64,000 nt of DNA, taken from assembly GCF_009914755.1 (NCBI RefSeq), contig NC_060947.1. One strand, 5' to 3'. The notes below the pieces were generated by a model, which saw only the letters and a list, made by a program, of their open reading frames with translations, ran no database searches and was not told the DNA's origin. Below are positions 46,591-64,000 of the stretch, piece by piece (the stretch's first letter is position 1; each line of letters starts with the position of its first letter). The position numbers and the translations under genes are program-made. The DNA comes from the human T2T-CHM13v2.0 reference genome, Homo sapiens.

Positions 46591-48782
46591 ATCAAATTCA
46601 AAAAAGGGACCATTAATGTTTGAAATCGAAATTGACAATCAATAGACATGTAACATGTAAGAAATTAGTATGCACAATCTTGAATTACTATCATCTTCCT
46701 CAGAAAGGAGGCAAGAAGTGGACTGGCATCAAAGTTTGAAATTCAAATGATATAAAATGAACTAAAAAGTAAAAACCTCTGAAGTCTTATGTAGGTGTTT
46801 TAGCTGAGACTGCCTACCCCTCTCACAATGATAATAAATGTAGAAAGAAAAAAAATAGTGACCAGGAAATGTTTTGAACTTTGTAGGCAGCCTGAATCCC
46901 TTTGAAAATTGGTCTTTAAAAAACACTAAAACTTTTGAAACCCCAGTGTTTAGAAATAAACTTATTAAGGCTAACAAAATGTTTATCAGTATGTACTAAA
47001 CCTGCACATACATTCATTTTCTTTGGGCCAATGCTAAGTTACAATGCCAAATTTTATTTTAGTTGGTAATGACTTGGACCATTTGACATGTTCATGAGAA
47101 AGCGCTTCTCGAGTAACTAGCCTAACCAAATTTAGGTAGGATTAAAACTATTGAATTGTAGTAGGAGTGGAAATTCAATTCAATTATCATGTAACTAGGT
47201 TGGACAGGATTTTTATAAAGTCATGAAGTATAAATATTTATTCACACTAAGATCTAATACTTTTAAGAATCTCAAAAGTAAAATTCTATGAAAAGAAAAA
47301 TAAGCTATTGACAGAATAGTTTTTAAATTACTTCATGAAATGTAATATATACGACATTCTCCTATAATGTAAGTGTAGATGAATTATATAAAAAAAACCT
47401 TTAAGAAGTCTAGTAAATGATGCACAGTTGATTTAAACCACATGCCTTTTAAGGTCATTTTGCCTTTTTGACTTTGTGGATGGACCTGGATCAAAACAAA
47501 ACAAAACAAAATAAAATATAACAAGTAAACAAATGAACACAGCAAAATTAACAGCATAATAAATTACTTCTGCTTGAATTCAATTTTAATCTAATTTTCC
47601 AGTTGGCATCATGACACCCCTGGTAGATTTAAATTTAAATTCAGTGTCATTTTTTTCTCAAAAAGTTTTCTTTTCTCTGATGGTTTTATCTATTGCACAT
47701 GGCACAAAAGCCTGTTATTGCCAATTTAGACATAAAAAGTTAACAATGAGATGGCTTATTTTCTGCAGGCAGTTATTTATAAAAGATGCATTTCTTCTGA
47801 TAGAATTGACAATGCATAAACTATTTTTCTTAATGATTCATGACACTCTGAACAATATACCTTCTCTTCAGGTGACAGAAATAATTATAGCAAAGTCTGC
47901 TCACAGAATTTACATCCATTAAAAAAATATTAATTATTTTGGCTCTCTCAAAATCTAAAGTGGAGCTGTAGTGGGAAAAAATATTAAAAATAATTAAGAA
48001 AATGAGTTCCTGGATCACAAAAGGAAAATAATTCCTCTTGTAAAGATTGTCCCATCTTATTTTAAAATTTTATTTATACATGCAGACTAGAATTGAAGTT
48101 TTAAGCTGGTAATAAGTAGTGTAATAAATTTTCTGTTCATATGCAATAAAATTTTTATTAGAAATACAGAAGAAATAAATACAATTGTCAGATTCCTGGA
48201 ATCCAAATTAAAACCAAGTAAAAAGTAGCCTCATAAATAACACAGAGGGACAGAACAGGAAAAGGCAACCTCCTGTAGACAATCAAAAAGTGTAGCTGGG
48301 AGATTTGCTTGAAAGAGTGTCTGTTCCTCATCCTACCAAATCACTCTATAGCTCAGATTATCCAGCATCTACTTATGTAATTATTTTATTTTTAAAAAGA
48401 CCATAATTTAGAAAAACATAATTAAGCTAATTTTAGTAGTAACAATTACAAAGAGAAGCATATACTTTTAAAATGTTGATTTTTCAACATGATCGCTCAA
48501 ATACCGTGCCATGCCATTTTTGTGTTCTTAAGGGTAAGAAACGATGGATATTTTCTCACCTAGTCTTAGCTTTCCCTATTATGATCCCATCAAAAGGAAG
48601 ACAGACATATAATCTAAAGATGATCTTTTATTTACAGAGAAAAACCAAAAAATTATTGCCTCTTACTCTCATAAATGCATATTCTATAGTAATTAGAAGT
48701 ACACACCACAAGCAATATTGCTTAGGAAATTTCAGTTTTTTCACGACACATTTATCGATTTGAAGTAATACTCTATCTGTCC

Positions 48783-49091
48783 TTTTTTTTTTTTTTTTTT
48801 TTTTTTGAGATGGAGTTTTTGCTCTTGTTGACCGGGCTAGAGTGCAATGGCGCGATATTGGCTCACCACAACCTCCGTCTCCAGGTTCAAGTGATTATCC
48901 TGCCTTGGCCTCCCGAATAGCTGAGATTACAGGCATGTGCCACCATGCCTGGCTAATTTTTTTGTATTTTTAGTTGAGATGGGGTTTCTCCATGTTGGTC
49001 AGGCTGGTCTTGAACTCCCGACTTCAGGTTATCTGCCCACCTCAGCCTCCCAAAGTGCTGGGATTACAGGCATGAGCCAACGCGCCTGGCC
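48783..49091 (-). mobile_element. AluSp/Sq
   Basis: 'gctcttgttg', 'tttctccatgttggtcagg'; T24 tail. Confidence 0.93.
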
Positions 49092-49341
49092 TTTGGCTGT
49101 TTACATGTGAGATTCTACTGTATTCTGAATAAGTCAAACACCATCCCTCTTATTTACAGACATTATAAATAGATTTAGGGTCATCTAAAAATTAAATATG
49201 ATAATGTAATCCCTATTTCTGTATATCATACATAAAATCTAATATTTGTGAAGAGGAAGGGAAAAGGGAGAAGGGAAAGAAAAAGGAAGGGAGAGGTTCA
49301 GAGAAATATCTTAAGATGATACTTACTGTGGCAAAACATTT

Positions 49342-52596
<3,255 letters not shown>

Positions 52597-53094
52597 GGCA
52601 AAACATTTCTTAAGCATATCCTCAGAGACTCTGAGCATAGTTAGAAACATGATTTGATGACAGCTACAGATGTCTAGAGGTATATGAAAAAATATGTACA
52701 AAAATAGCAGCCTGATGACAGAAAAAATGCAGGTGGTTCTGAAGATCCAAATGATGGAATTTTAATAAATAGAACATTTATTTTGTGAAATATTCTATTT
52801 ATATGGTTTATATAAGTCTTAGAATATTGGAAATACATTGTTTTTCATTTGTTATTGCCTTATTCAGTATGAAGTTAGGCTAATTTCTAAATGTCACATA
52901 TCTGACCATGTGAAAAAGTTTCCTCTCTCATTATCTCCCCTCTCAGAAAATAATGTTTTAGATATTGTAATTGAGCGTTATAGGTTTGATGGTAAAGAGA
53001 GGCTTTAAGGTTGATGTGAGGACAAAAATCAGAATCTTTATTCCAGATGCTGATTTCAGAGGATCAATTTATAAATCTGAACTCTTCTAGGGGA

Positions 53095-53190
53095 ATACAT
53101 GCAACCAATGAGGAAGTTAATATTATACCTACTGTACAGGTAAAGACACTGAGACTCGGAGAGTTAAAAAAAACTTGCCCAAGATCAGCT
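53095..53190. mobile_element. MIR fragment
   Basis: 'tacaggtaaagacactgagactcggagagttaa...acttgcccaagatca'. Confidence 0.75.
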
Positions 53191-53232
53191 TCACAAAGAT
53201 GTTCACTTAAGCTTCACAAAGATGTTCACTTA
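53187..53232. repeat. Perfect 23-bp tandem duplication agcttcacaaagatgttcactta x2
   Basis: Read directly: 53187-53209 and 53210-53232. Confidence 0.95.
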
Positions 53233-53885
53233 CATGAGTAATTTCCTTAGTGGTGATTTGTGAGATTTTGGCACATGTATCACCTGAGCAGTATACACTG
53301 CCCTCAATTTGTAGTTTTTTATTACTACCCCCTTCCCACACTTTCCCCTAGTCCCCAAATTCCACTGTGTCATTATTATGCCTTTGCATCCTCATAGCTT
53401 AGTTCCCACTTATGAGTGAGCACATACGATGTTTGGTTTTCCATTCCTGAGTTACTTCACTTAGGAATATACCTAACCAAGGAAGTGAAATTCTCTTCTA
53501 GACATTGGCTTAGGCAATGGATGTGGTGAACAGGGAACACTTCTACGCTGCTGGTGGGAGTGTAAACTGGTACAACCACTATGGAAAACAGTGTGGAGAT
53601 TCCTTAAAGAACCAAAAGTAGAACTACCATTTGATCCAGCAATCCCACTACTGGATATCTACCCAGAGGAATAGAAGTCATTATACAAAAAAAAAAAAAA
53701 AAAGAAGATGCTTGTACACGCATGTATATAGCAGCACAATTTGCAATTGCAAAATTGCGGAACCAACCCAAATGCCCATCAATCAACTAGTGGATAAAGC
53801 AACTGTGGTATATATATAGAATGAAATACTACTCAGCCATAAAAAGGAATGAAATAATGGCATTCTCAGCGATCTGGATGAGATT
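53231..53885 (-). mobile_element. Rearranged L1PB1-like 3' fragment (minus 3'UTR plus three plus-strand shards)
   Basis: Minus 3'UTR to 53464, then 'ggaatatacctaaccaagg', 'cttctagacattggcttaggcaa' and 'ggatgtggtgaacagggaacac...' on plus. Confidence 0.85.
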
Positions 53886-54017
53886 TGTTTTTGTTTTTGT
53901 TTTTGTTTTTGATACAGGGTCTCAATCGTGTGCCAGCGTGCCCAGCTAATTTTTGTATTTTTTGTAGAGACAGAGTTTTGGCATGTTGTCCAGGCTGGTC
54001 ACAGTCTCCTGAGCTAC
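53886..54017 (-). mobile_element. Internally deleted AluJ with (GTTTTT)n tail
   Basis: 'gatacagggtctca' joined to 'cccagctaatttttgtatttt'. Confidence 0.8.
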
Positions 54018-54180
54018 CCAGATTAACAACAATTTTACAAAATGCACATATGTAGGGGCAAATACAATGATCCGGTTCTTTATAAAAGAACTATTTTATG
54101 TCTGAAGTTAGCAATTAGAAACACTAATGATAAAACATTTTTAAAAACAAAATAAGCTTTTTAAAAATTATACGTATTTT

Positions 54181-54488
<308 letters not shown>

Positions 54489-54997
54489 TTTCCATCATCC
54501 AGGAATACTAACAGTTAATGTATTGTTTTAGTCTAGATTTTGGCCTCTTTATAATTTTTTATCTGACATTTTAATTGATAATGCAGTATATGTAAAATTA
54601 TGTATCTTCCTTAACAAACTGAATATAATACGCATTTCAAAATCATAAAATATGTTTTCCAGACATAATTGAAGACTGTGTAATAGTCCATTTGATAAAA
54701 TATATATTTTATTTTAACTACTGTGTTAATGTTGGTTAGTTAGGCTATTTATAACTTTATTATATAGACATGCCACTGTGGAAGATATTTTTGAATTAAT
54801 CTTTTACCACATTCTCAATCATTTAATTAAATAATATAGAAAATGTGAAATTTCTGAGCCAAAAAAACACCATTTTAAGAGTGTTTATATTGATAAATTA
54901 TTCTTCAGAAAGGTCGTATTTAATTATGGGCTCATTAAATATTTTTAACTCTATTTTAACTAAACATTAGCAAATACATGATATTATCAGTTTTTAA

Positions 54998-55285
<288 letters not shown>

Positions 55286-55458
55286 TTAATTTTTTTTAAT
55301 TTGATTAAAATTGCTGTCTCAGCTTAATGTTTATTTCTTTTTCTAAATCAGAGCTTCATTCTTTTTTACTGGTGAATCATTTTTACTGGTATATCATTGT
55401 ATGTATATACCACATTCCTTAATCCATTAATCCTTTGATGGATTTTAAAATTAATACC

Positions 55459-58400
55459 ATTTTTAATTGATACATAATAATTATACATATTTATGGGATA
55501 TAATGTGATATTTCAATATATGTCTACAGTATGTAATGACCAAATCAAGGTAATTAGCACATCCATCACCTTGAATTATTAACCATAATCACCCTATAGC
55601 TCTATAGAACACTAGAATTTATTTATCCTATCCAGTTGTAATTTTGTATCTGTTAATCAACCTCATCCTATCCCTCACTTCCTCCTACCTTTCTCAGCCT
55701 CTAATAACCACTATTCCAACCTCTACTTCTATTATAGCAACTATTTTAGTTTCCACATATGAGTGAGAAGATGCAGTATTTCCCTTTCTGTGCCTGGCTT
55801 ATTTCACTTAATATAATGTCCTCCAGGCTCATCCATGTTGCTGTACATGACAGGATTTCATTCATTTTTAATGCATGAATAGTATTTCATTGCATGAATA
55901 TATCACATTTTCTGTATTCATTCATCTGTTGATGGACACAGGTTGATGCCATATCTTAGCTATTATGGATATCACTGCAATAAACATGGAAGTACAGGTA
56001 TTTTTTGACATACTGATATTCTTTCATTTGGGTATATACCCAATAGCAGGATTGTTGAATTATTTGGTAGTTGTATGTTTAGTTTTTTGAGGAACCTCCA
56101 TAATGTTTTCCATAATGGCTGTACTAATTTACATTTCCACCAACAGTATATGAAAGTTCACCTTTCTCTGTATCTTTGCCAGCATTTGATATTTTTTGTC
56201 TTTAGGATAACAAGAATTCTAACAGAGGAGAGATGACGTCTCATTGTGGTTTTAATTTGCATTTTCCTCATGATTAGTGACATTTTGCATTTATCTGATG
56301 ATAAGTGATGTTAAGTATTTTGAAAATATATCTGTTGGTTATTTGTATGACTTTATTTGATATGTATTGACATTATTTGCTCACTTTTTCATCAGATTAT
56401 TATTATTTTTCTGCTGAGTTGTTTGAAATTCTTGTATATTCTGGATATAATTCCTTATCAGATGAATAGTTTGTGAATATTTTATTCCCATTCTACAGGT
56501 TGTCTCCCTTCTGTGGATTGTTTTCATTGTGGTGCAGAGATTCATTAGTTTCATTTAATCCCATTTGTCTATTTTTGTTTTTGTTGTGTGTGTTTTTGAG
56601 GTCTTATTTATAAAACATTTTCCCAAACCAAACTCCTGAAGCATTTCCTCTACGTTTTCTTTTAGTAGTTTTATCGTAGTTTCTGGTCTTACTTTTAAGT
56701 TTTTCATCTATTTTGAGTTAATTATCGAATATGGTAAGACATAGGGTTCTAGTTTAATTCTTCTGACTATGAATATCCAGTTTTATCAGCATCAATTATT
56801 AAAGTGACTGTCCTTTCCTCAAAGGATATTCTTGAGATGTGTCGAGAATCAGTTGGGTGTAAATACATGGATTGATTTCTGGGTTATCTATTTCTATTCA
56901 ATGGGTCTTTGTGTCTGTTATTATATTTTTATGTCAGTACCATGTTGTTTGGGTTACAATAGCTTTCCAGTGTGTTTTAAAGTCAGGTAGTGTGATGCCT
57001 CCAGTTATGTTCTTCTTGCTCAGGATTGCTTTTGCCATCCGGGGTCTTTTGTGATTCCATATAAATTTTATAATTGCTTTTTCTATTTCTGTGAAGAAAT
57101 TGGTATTGTAATGGAATGAAATTGAATCTATAGGTTACTTTGGGTAGTACGGTCATTTTGACAATATAAATTTATTCTATTCATAAACATGAAATGTCCT
57201 TACATTTTTCCATGTCCTCTTCAATTTATCAGTCTTTTATAGTTTTCATTGTAGAGGTATTTCACCTCCCTGGATAAAGAAGGTAAAGAAATAAAAGAAA
57301 TTTATTCCTAGGTATTTTTTAGGTATTATTTTATTGTTTTTAGGTATTGTAAATGTGATCGCTTTCTTGATTTCTGTTTTTGGGGTATTGTTGCATAGGA
57401 ATTCTATTAATTTTTATTTTGATTTTGTTTTCTACAACATTTCTGAATTTATCATTCTAAGAGTTTTTTGGTGGAATCTATGTTTTTCCATATATCATAT
57501 CATGTAATCTGCAAACAGGGACTTTGATTTCTTCTTTTTTAGTTTAGATGCCCTTTATTTCTTTCTCTTGCCTGATTGCTCTGTTTAGGATTTCCAATAC
57601 TATGCTGATTAAGAGTGGTGAAAATAGGCATCCTTACATTGTTTCAGTTCTTAGAGAAAAAGATTTCTACTTTTTCTTTTTCAGTATGATGTTAGCTATA
57701 AATATGTCACATATGGTTTTCATTATGTTCAGGTATGTTCCTTCTATACCTAATTTGTTGAGAGTTTCTTTATCATGAAGTGGTGTTGAATTTTATCAAA
57801 AGCTTTTTTCGTATCTATTGAGATAGTCATATAGTTTCATTATCTTGATGTGATGTACCAAGATTATTGATTTATGTATGTTGAACCATACTTGCATCCC
57901 TGGGATAAATTCTACCTTATCATGAGGCATAATCTTTTTGATGTTCTATTGGATTCAATTTGCTAGTATTTGGTTGAGGATTTTTGCATCTATGTTTGTC
58001 ACAGGTGGTGGCTTTAGTATTACTTCTTAGTGTATCTTGTCTGGTTTTGGTAACAGCGTAATGCTGGCCTTGCAGAATGAATTTGGAAAAACTCCCTTGT
58101 CTTGCATTTTTAGAAACAGTTTGAGAAAAAATGGTATTAGTGTTTCTTTAAAAGTTTCAGGCCAGGCGCAGTGGCTCACGCCTGTAATCCCAGCACTTTG
58201 GGAGGCCGAGGCAGGCGGATCACGAGGTCAGGAGATCAAGACCATCCTGGCTAACACGGAGAAACCCCGTCTCTACTAAAAATACAAAAACTTAGCTGGG
58301 TGTGGTGGCGGGCGCCTGTAGTCCCAGCTACTCCGGAGGCTGAGGCAAGAGAATGGCGTGAACCTGGGAGGCGGAGCTTGCAGTGAGCCAAGATTGCGCC

Positions 58401-60690
58401 ACCGCACTCCAGCCTGGGTGACAGAGCGAGACTCCGTTTCAAAAAAAAAGTTTCATGGACTTCAGCAGTGAAGCTATCTGGTCCTGAACTTTTTCTTGCT
58501 GATAAATTTTTATTATTGACTTAACTCCATTACTCATTATTTGTCTGTCCAGGCCTTCTTTTTTTTTTTTTGGTTCAGTCTTGGTAGCTTTTGTGTATCC
58601 AGGAATTTCAGGAATTTATCCATTTTCTCTAGGTTTTACAAATTGTTAGCATACAGATGTTTATAATAGTCTCTAGTTATTATTTGTATTTCTGGCATAT
58701 CCGTTTTAATGTTTCCTTTTTCATTTTTGATTTTATTTATTTGTGTCTTATTTTTTATCTTAGTCAAGCAAATGGTTTATCAGTTTTGTTTGTCTATTAA
58801 AATAAATTATATTTTGTTTCATAGATCTTCTTATTTTTGTTGGTCTCAGTTTTGTTTAATTATTCTCTTATCTTTATTATTTCTGTTTTTCTACTAATTT
58901 GAGGTTGGGTTTGTTCTTGCCTTTATAGTTTTTTGAAGTCTATTGTTAGGTTGCTTGTTTGAAATCTCTGTGCTTTTCTGACATAGGCATTTATTGCTAT
59001 ACATTTTCCTGTTAATGGTGCTTTTGCTGTATCCTATAGGTTTTGGTATGTTGTCATTCTATTTTAATTTATTTTAATAAATTTTAAAATTTTTTCTAAA
59101 TTTTTTGATTGACCCACTGTTCATTGAAAATTATGTTTTTTAAAATTTCCATATGTTTTTTGAAGTTTCCAAAGTTTCTCTTGTTATTGATTTTCACTTT
59201 TATTCCATGTGGTAACAAAAGATACTTGATACAACTTTGACTTTTAAAAATTGTGGAGATTTGTTTTGTGGCCTAACATATGGTCAATTCTACAAAATGT
59301 TTCATTTTCTGATGAAAAGAATGTGTAATCTGCAGCCTTTGAATTACATTTTCTGTAAATGTCTGTCAGGTTTCTTTTGTTTATAGTGCAGTTTAAATCC
59401 AATATTTCTTTGTTGACGTTCTGTCCAGATGATCTATCTAATGCTAAGAGTAGGGTGTTGAAATCCACTACTACTATTGTATTGTGATCTATCTCTTGTT
59501 TTAGATCTAGTAATATTTACCTTATTTATCTGGGTGCTCTAATGTTGAGTGCATATATATATATAATTGTTATAGCCACTTGCTGAATTGACTCCTTCAT
59601 CAATATATAAAATAAACTTTGCCTCTTCTTACAGTTTTTGACATAAAGTCGGTTTTATAATATATAAGTATAGATGCTCTTGCTCACTTTGGTTTCTGTT
59701 TTCATGGAATATATTTTTCCATTTATTCACTCTCAGTATATTTGTGCCTTTATAGGTGAAGCGAGTTTCTTGTAGGCAGCATAAGTTGGGTTTTATTATT
59801 TTTATCCATTCATCCAGTCTATATATTTTAATTGAATAATGTAACTTATTTACATTCAAGGTTATTATAGCTAGATGAAGACATGTAGACATAGACCTGT
59901 TATTTTGTTGTTTTTCTGTTTATTTTATGTAACATTTGTTCTTTTTTTCCTCTCCTATTGTTTATATTTGTAGTTTGGTGGTTTTTTGTGTGCTAATATT
60001 TGATACCTTTCTCTTTCTCCTTTCTGTATCTGCTTTACTAGTGAGTTTCATGTGTTTTCATGAGGATGGTAGTTATCATCCTTTCTCTTCTAGTGTAAGA
60101 GTCCCTTAAGCATTTCTAGCAAGGCCAGAAATGATAATGAATTCTAGTGGTAATGAATTTCCTCCATTTTTTGCTTGTGAAGCAGTGACTTCAGTTTCAA
60201 GATGGCTCCATTCAACAGCAACTTAGGTCATGGGGTGGTAGGGAGTGCACAATGTGTGCTCCTACTCTAGTGTAATGCAGCTATATTAATCCAGGCACCT
60301 CTGCAAACTTGGCTTGAGCCTTTTGAGGACTGTGGGCTTCAGATTTCCTGTTCTACAGACTGAAGGTATCTGCAATGGCAATGGGAGTTGCCATTTACTT
60401 ACCCCCCACCTTTTTTTTTGTTAGGAAACATCCCTACTGGCTTTGAGCCAATCCCAATAGGGGAGACAGGGCAGCAGAAGCAGGGTGCTTAATTCCCCAT
60501 TCTATGTTGCCATGCTGGGCTTCCATGTTCCACAGGGATTTTGTCAGTCCTTTGCTGCACTCCAGCACTCTCCCTCAGATACTACAGTCAAATTGTCATT
60601 GTTTACCTATTGTTTTGCTATCTTTTTTTGTGGAGGGAGGGAATGAGTGCCAGACACATTTAATCAGTCATCTTGCTGATGACATTCTAT
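55459..60690 (-). mobile_element. L1MA (MA5-8-like): 3'UTR, whole degenerate ORF2 and a remnant 5' region
   Basis: 3' end 'ttttaattgatacataataattatacatatttatggga'; EN remnants (minus ORFs 59244-59468 and 59629-59892 ITLNVN...CCLQET); 5'UTR-like tail 60180-60690. It sits inside older L1M-like fragments (~54560-54990, 55380-55445, >60700). Confidence 0.88.
58160..58449 (+). mobile_element. AluY
   Basis: AluY diagnostics; TSD aaaagtttca at 58150-58159 and 58446-58455. Confidence 0.97.
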
Positions 60691-61109
60691 TTCTTTGTTA
60701 ATGAGATTGAATATTTTTTCTACATATATTTTTCTCTTGTATTTTTTTTTGTAGCAACTTGTTTTTGCATGTGGTTTACACCTTTTTAAACTGGTTGTTA
60801 ATTCTTTTAATTTAATTTGCTTCATTCCTAATATTCCCCATTCTATATGGTCCTAATATTATGTAAGATGAAGTCACACAGTTTTCTAGGAGATAAGCTA
60901 CAAATATTTTCTTAGTCAATGGGTGCATACATGTAGCACAACAATAAGCAGAACAGAAAAGACAGCACAAATATGCTAGTATATACTGTATTATCTACAC
61001 AGCTTTGACAGAACTCATCTGGGAATAATACACAGGCAGTGCCTAGAAGCCTTTTTAACATTTAATCTCAAATTAACCATTTAGTAAATGTATCAGAGAA
61101 AACTAGATG

Positions 61110-61540
61110 TTCTCCAAAAGTCCTGTTCTTCTTTCCATAATAGACAATTGTTGCAGGTAAACAGTTTTTTGGTCAGGGATTACATTTTGCAGTTTTATTT
61201 GAAGCTAGATTTTGACATGTAATTACATTCTAATCAATGGAATCTTAGAGGATGTGATGTGTTTAACTTCTATGCCTGACCCACTAAAGCCTCCCATGTG
61301 AGAATGATTTTCCCCTTTGATGGCTGGATATCTATCCTTAGGGCAAGTTTGAAAGCCATTTGTTAAAGTTGGAAGAGCCTCCATCCACCAGAGTCCCGAA
61401 TGACTACATGAAGCTCAGCACCCCCTCCTTAATCAGTAATACCAGCACTGGACTTTTACATGAGTGAGAAATAAGTTTCTATCTTGTAAAGCCACTAAAA
61501 TTTGGGATACTATATTTTTTATAAGAACTAGCAACACTAT
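61110..61540 (+). mobile_element. Old MLT1 (H/J-like) LTR
   Basis: 'ggacttttacatgagtgagaaataagtttctatcttgtaaagccactaaaatttggg' 3' end. Confidence 0.7.
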
Positions 61541-61661
61541 AGCTTTATCCATCTCAAATTCTAAAGTATCTTTTTATTGTGTCACAAACATCTCTCAAAT
61601 TTTTCCTCAGATGTTTATTCCAGGTGAAAGCAACTAGAACCAGGGTAGCTGTGATTTTACT

Positions 61662-63663
61662 TAGGTAGTTCTTACTTTGCTCTTTTGCAATATAAATATA
61701 TTTCGGTTACCAGGTTTGGTTAAATAACAACATTCCCCCAACAATATGGTTCAAGCTTCAGTTACCATGAAATCGTTTATTATCCATTAGCAAATGCATA
61801 CAGTACAAACTTTGCTTTTATCCCTTTATACCAAAAGTCACTAGATAAATAACATATGTACATCATGCTCAGTGGCTAATCAGATCACTTCTTTCAAATT
61901 TTGACAGTAATTTGTAACTGCATAGCTGTTATTTGGTTCATGAATAAGAACAGAAAGCCACTTATCGCTGGCTGAAAAAGTGTTAAATTCTACTTTAGAT
62001 TGAAGAATGCCATAAAAAGTAAATCTCAATGAGTTAGGCTATGATTAAAGACAAAAAATATAATTTAGTTGCCACCTTGAAAGAAAACGGTAATTCCAAG
62101 GAGGCTGAAGAATAATGTCATACTGCCATTAAAAGGTGGTTTCATCCTTTCCGAAATCAGCATGGATTGATTAATGTTGAGCTATTTAGTGAGGCTGCTG
62201 GTACATATAAGAACATTGCTACACAATGTGCACCTGGATTATGATGGACATATATATTTAATGTTCATTAGACAAGTGTTTTTTAAATGCAATCCAAAGC
62301 ACTTATAAGATGAAAAACATAGGTTTGTGAAATGGCTATTAAAGAGTTAAAAATTACTTATCAAAAGGTGATACAGACTGATTTATGTCACTCCTAATTC
62401 ATCTGATAAAGTCCTGACATCCAGGGCCACAGAACATAATGATATTTAAAGATAGAACCATTCAACAGATAATTAAGATAAAATGAGGCCTTTAGGATGA
62501 ACCCTAATTGGATCTCACCGGTGTTCTGATAAAAAGAGATTTGGACATACAGAGATACATCAGGGGTATGCACAAAGAAAAGGCCGTGGGATGACACAGA
62601 GAGAAGGTGGTCATCTACAGGCCAAGCAGAGGGGTCTCAGGAGAAATAACATATGCTGAAATATTTGTTTTGGACTTACAGCCTCCAGAACTGTGAGAAA
62701 ATTAATTTCTGTGGTGTTTTGTTATGGCAGTCCTAGCAGAAAAATAAACTACCAAAGACAACATTATGAATCCAGACAAAGGAGTTTGATATATATATAT
62801 CAAAATATATAGTCTATTATCTAAGGTAAACTTTCTGACAGGCCATTGAAGCTATACTTGGATATCATGTAATTTGTTTAGCTGAATTTTTGGAAAAAAT
62901 ATAAAACAAAGAATTGCATTGAAAATATTCAAGCATCAGGGAAGGAAGCAACAGGAGTAATATTCATGCAGTATGACAGAAATTTTTACCTTACAGGGCA
63001 AAAAACTGTGGGATTCAAATAAAGATAAATGGAGTCATAGAAGAAATAGCTCACTGTGAGAATGCTGACACTACCAATGTTCAAGAGACTCTAGATATGA
63101 TGCCGGAAGAACTCAGTGGAGGCAAACTTATCAATATTAATAGGAAAAGTGTTTGTGATGAAAAGAATGAAGATACCTCACAGGTAGTGACATGGGAAAG
63201 AAGAAAAGAAGCTTGGAATTAAAGGAATTCATAGTAATATTACATGACATTGAAATTATAATGGTAAAATGGACAAAAGGTTAAAATTACTGTTGAAAAC
63301 TGATCCAAATTTAGAAAGGAGCATGACAATTTTGCCTAAGCCTACTAAAGTTTTTCACTCTGTTGTAAGTTATGTTTAGAAGAAGGCAAGCAATGTTCAA
63401 ATTATGCTTGATAACTTTTATTACAAGAAAAGTTTCTAATGTTTTAAAATGTGTAATAATTTAATTACTAGTTTTTCTCTTTTTCAATTCCCTATACATT
63501 TATAACTAAAAGTAAGACAGTTTTTAATGTTTTAACAAAATTTTTAAAGGCCATAGAACAATGTGATTAATTTTTCTCATTAATTCCTAAGGTTGCTTTG
63601 CAGTTTCAACTTGCATGATCATTAATATAGTCCCACATTAGAGTGTAAAGTGAAAACTCCCTG
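61662..63663 (+). mobile_element. Tigger6-like TcMar-Tigger DNA transposon with transposase remnants
   Basis: Inverted termini taggtagttcttactttgc / gtaaagtgaaaactccctg; CENP-B HTH remnant (TAIKRWFHPFRNQHGLINVELFSEAAG, ~62120-62200); late DDE remnant (~62770-62990). Confidence 0.75.
62369..62752 (+). mobile_element. MLT1B-like solo LTR inserted in the Tigger
   Basis: 'aattaagataaaatgagg...gagaaggtggtcatctacaggccaag...cagcctccagaactgtgagaaaattaatttctg'. Confidence 0.85.
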
Positions 63664-64000
63664 AATGTTATTTCATTTGTATATGATATTTTTCATTGTA
63701 TTAGCATTTAACTGAAGAGAAAGGCTTGAAGTTGAAAGTATAATTGGGAGTTGGCCCAGGTACAATTTTGACTCAGTTGCATCACGTGCTCCATTTACTC
63801 TTTCATCACCTCATATTTATAATCAAATATTAATTTACAAATTTGTAATTTTATTTTATGTGTATGTCTTTTAAGTTTTTGGTGACATGTAGACAGCTCT
63901 CTGAATTCACTGATTTAAAACAGTTTAAATTTTGGTAACTAGCCGTGATACTTTAATCTCCTCTAGAATGACATATTTTCTTGCTGGTAAATACTACTTT

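Overview
Primate (human-like) non-coding DNA made mostly of fossil transposable elements; no intact protein-coding gene, RNA gene or CRISPR array is supported. By my manual tally about 30 kb (roughly 47%) is LINE-1. This includes old L1M copies, an L1PB, a near-full-length L1PA5/6-like copy and three inverted (twin-primed) copies. The window also holds a complete THE1 MaLR provirus, an MST provirus inserted into an ~8.5-kb MER4-group ERV1 with a readable tRNA-Ser primer-binding site, about a dozen Alus, and MIR/L2/MLT fossils. Two things stand out. (1) A processed pseudogene of CCNB1IP1/HEI10 (meiotic crossover RING E3 ligase) on the minus strand at ~35.6-37.2 kb, missed by the ORF track. (2) A ~3.1-kb Ricksha (Mutator/MULE) DNA transposon with both TIRs, a captured MLT2 LTR and a readable FLYWCH-like + DDE transposase fossil. 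A Tigger6-like transposon with transposase remnants ends the window. I found no convincing evidence of a new functional system; the findings are mostly insertion and rearrangement signatures. Subfamily names come from recalled consensus sequences and need RepeatMasker/Dfam confirmation.
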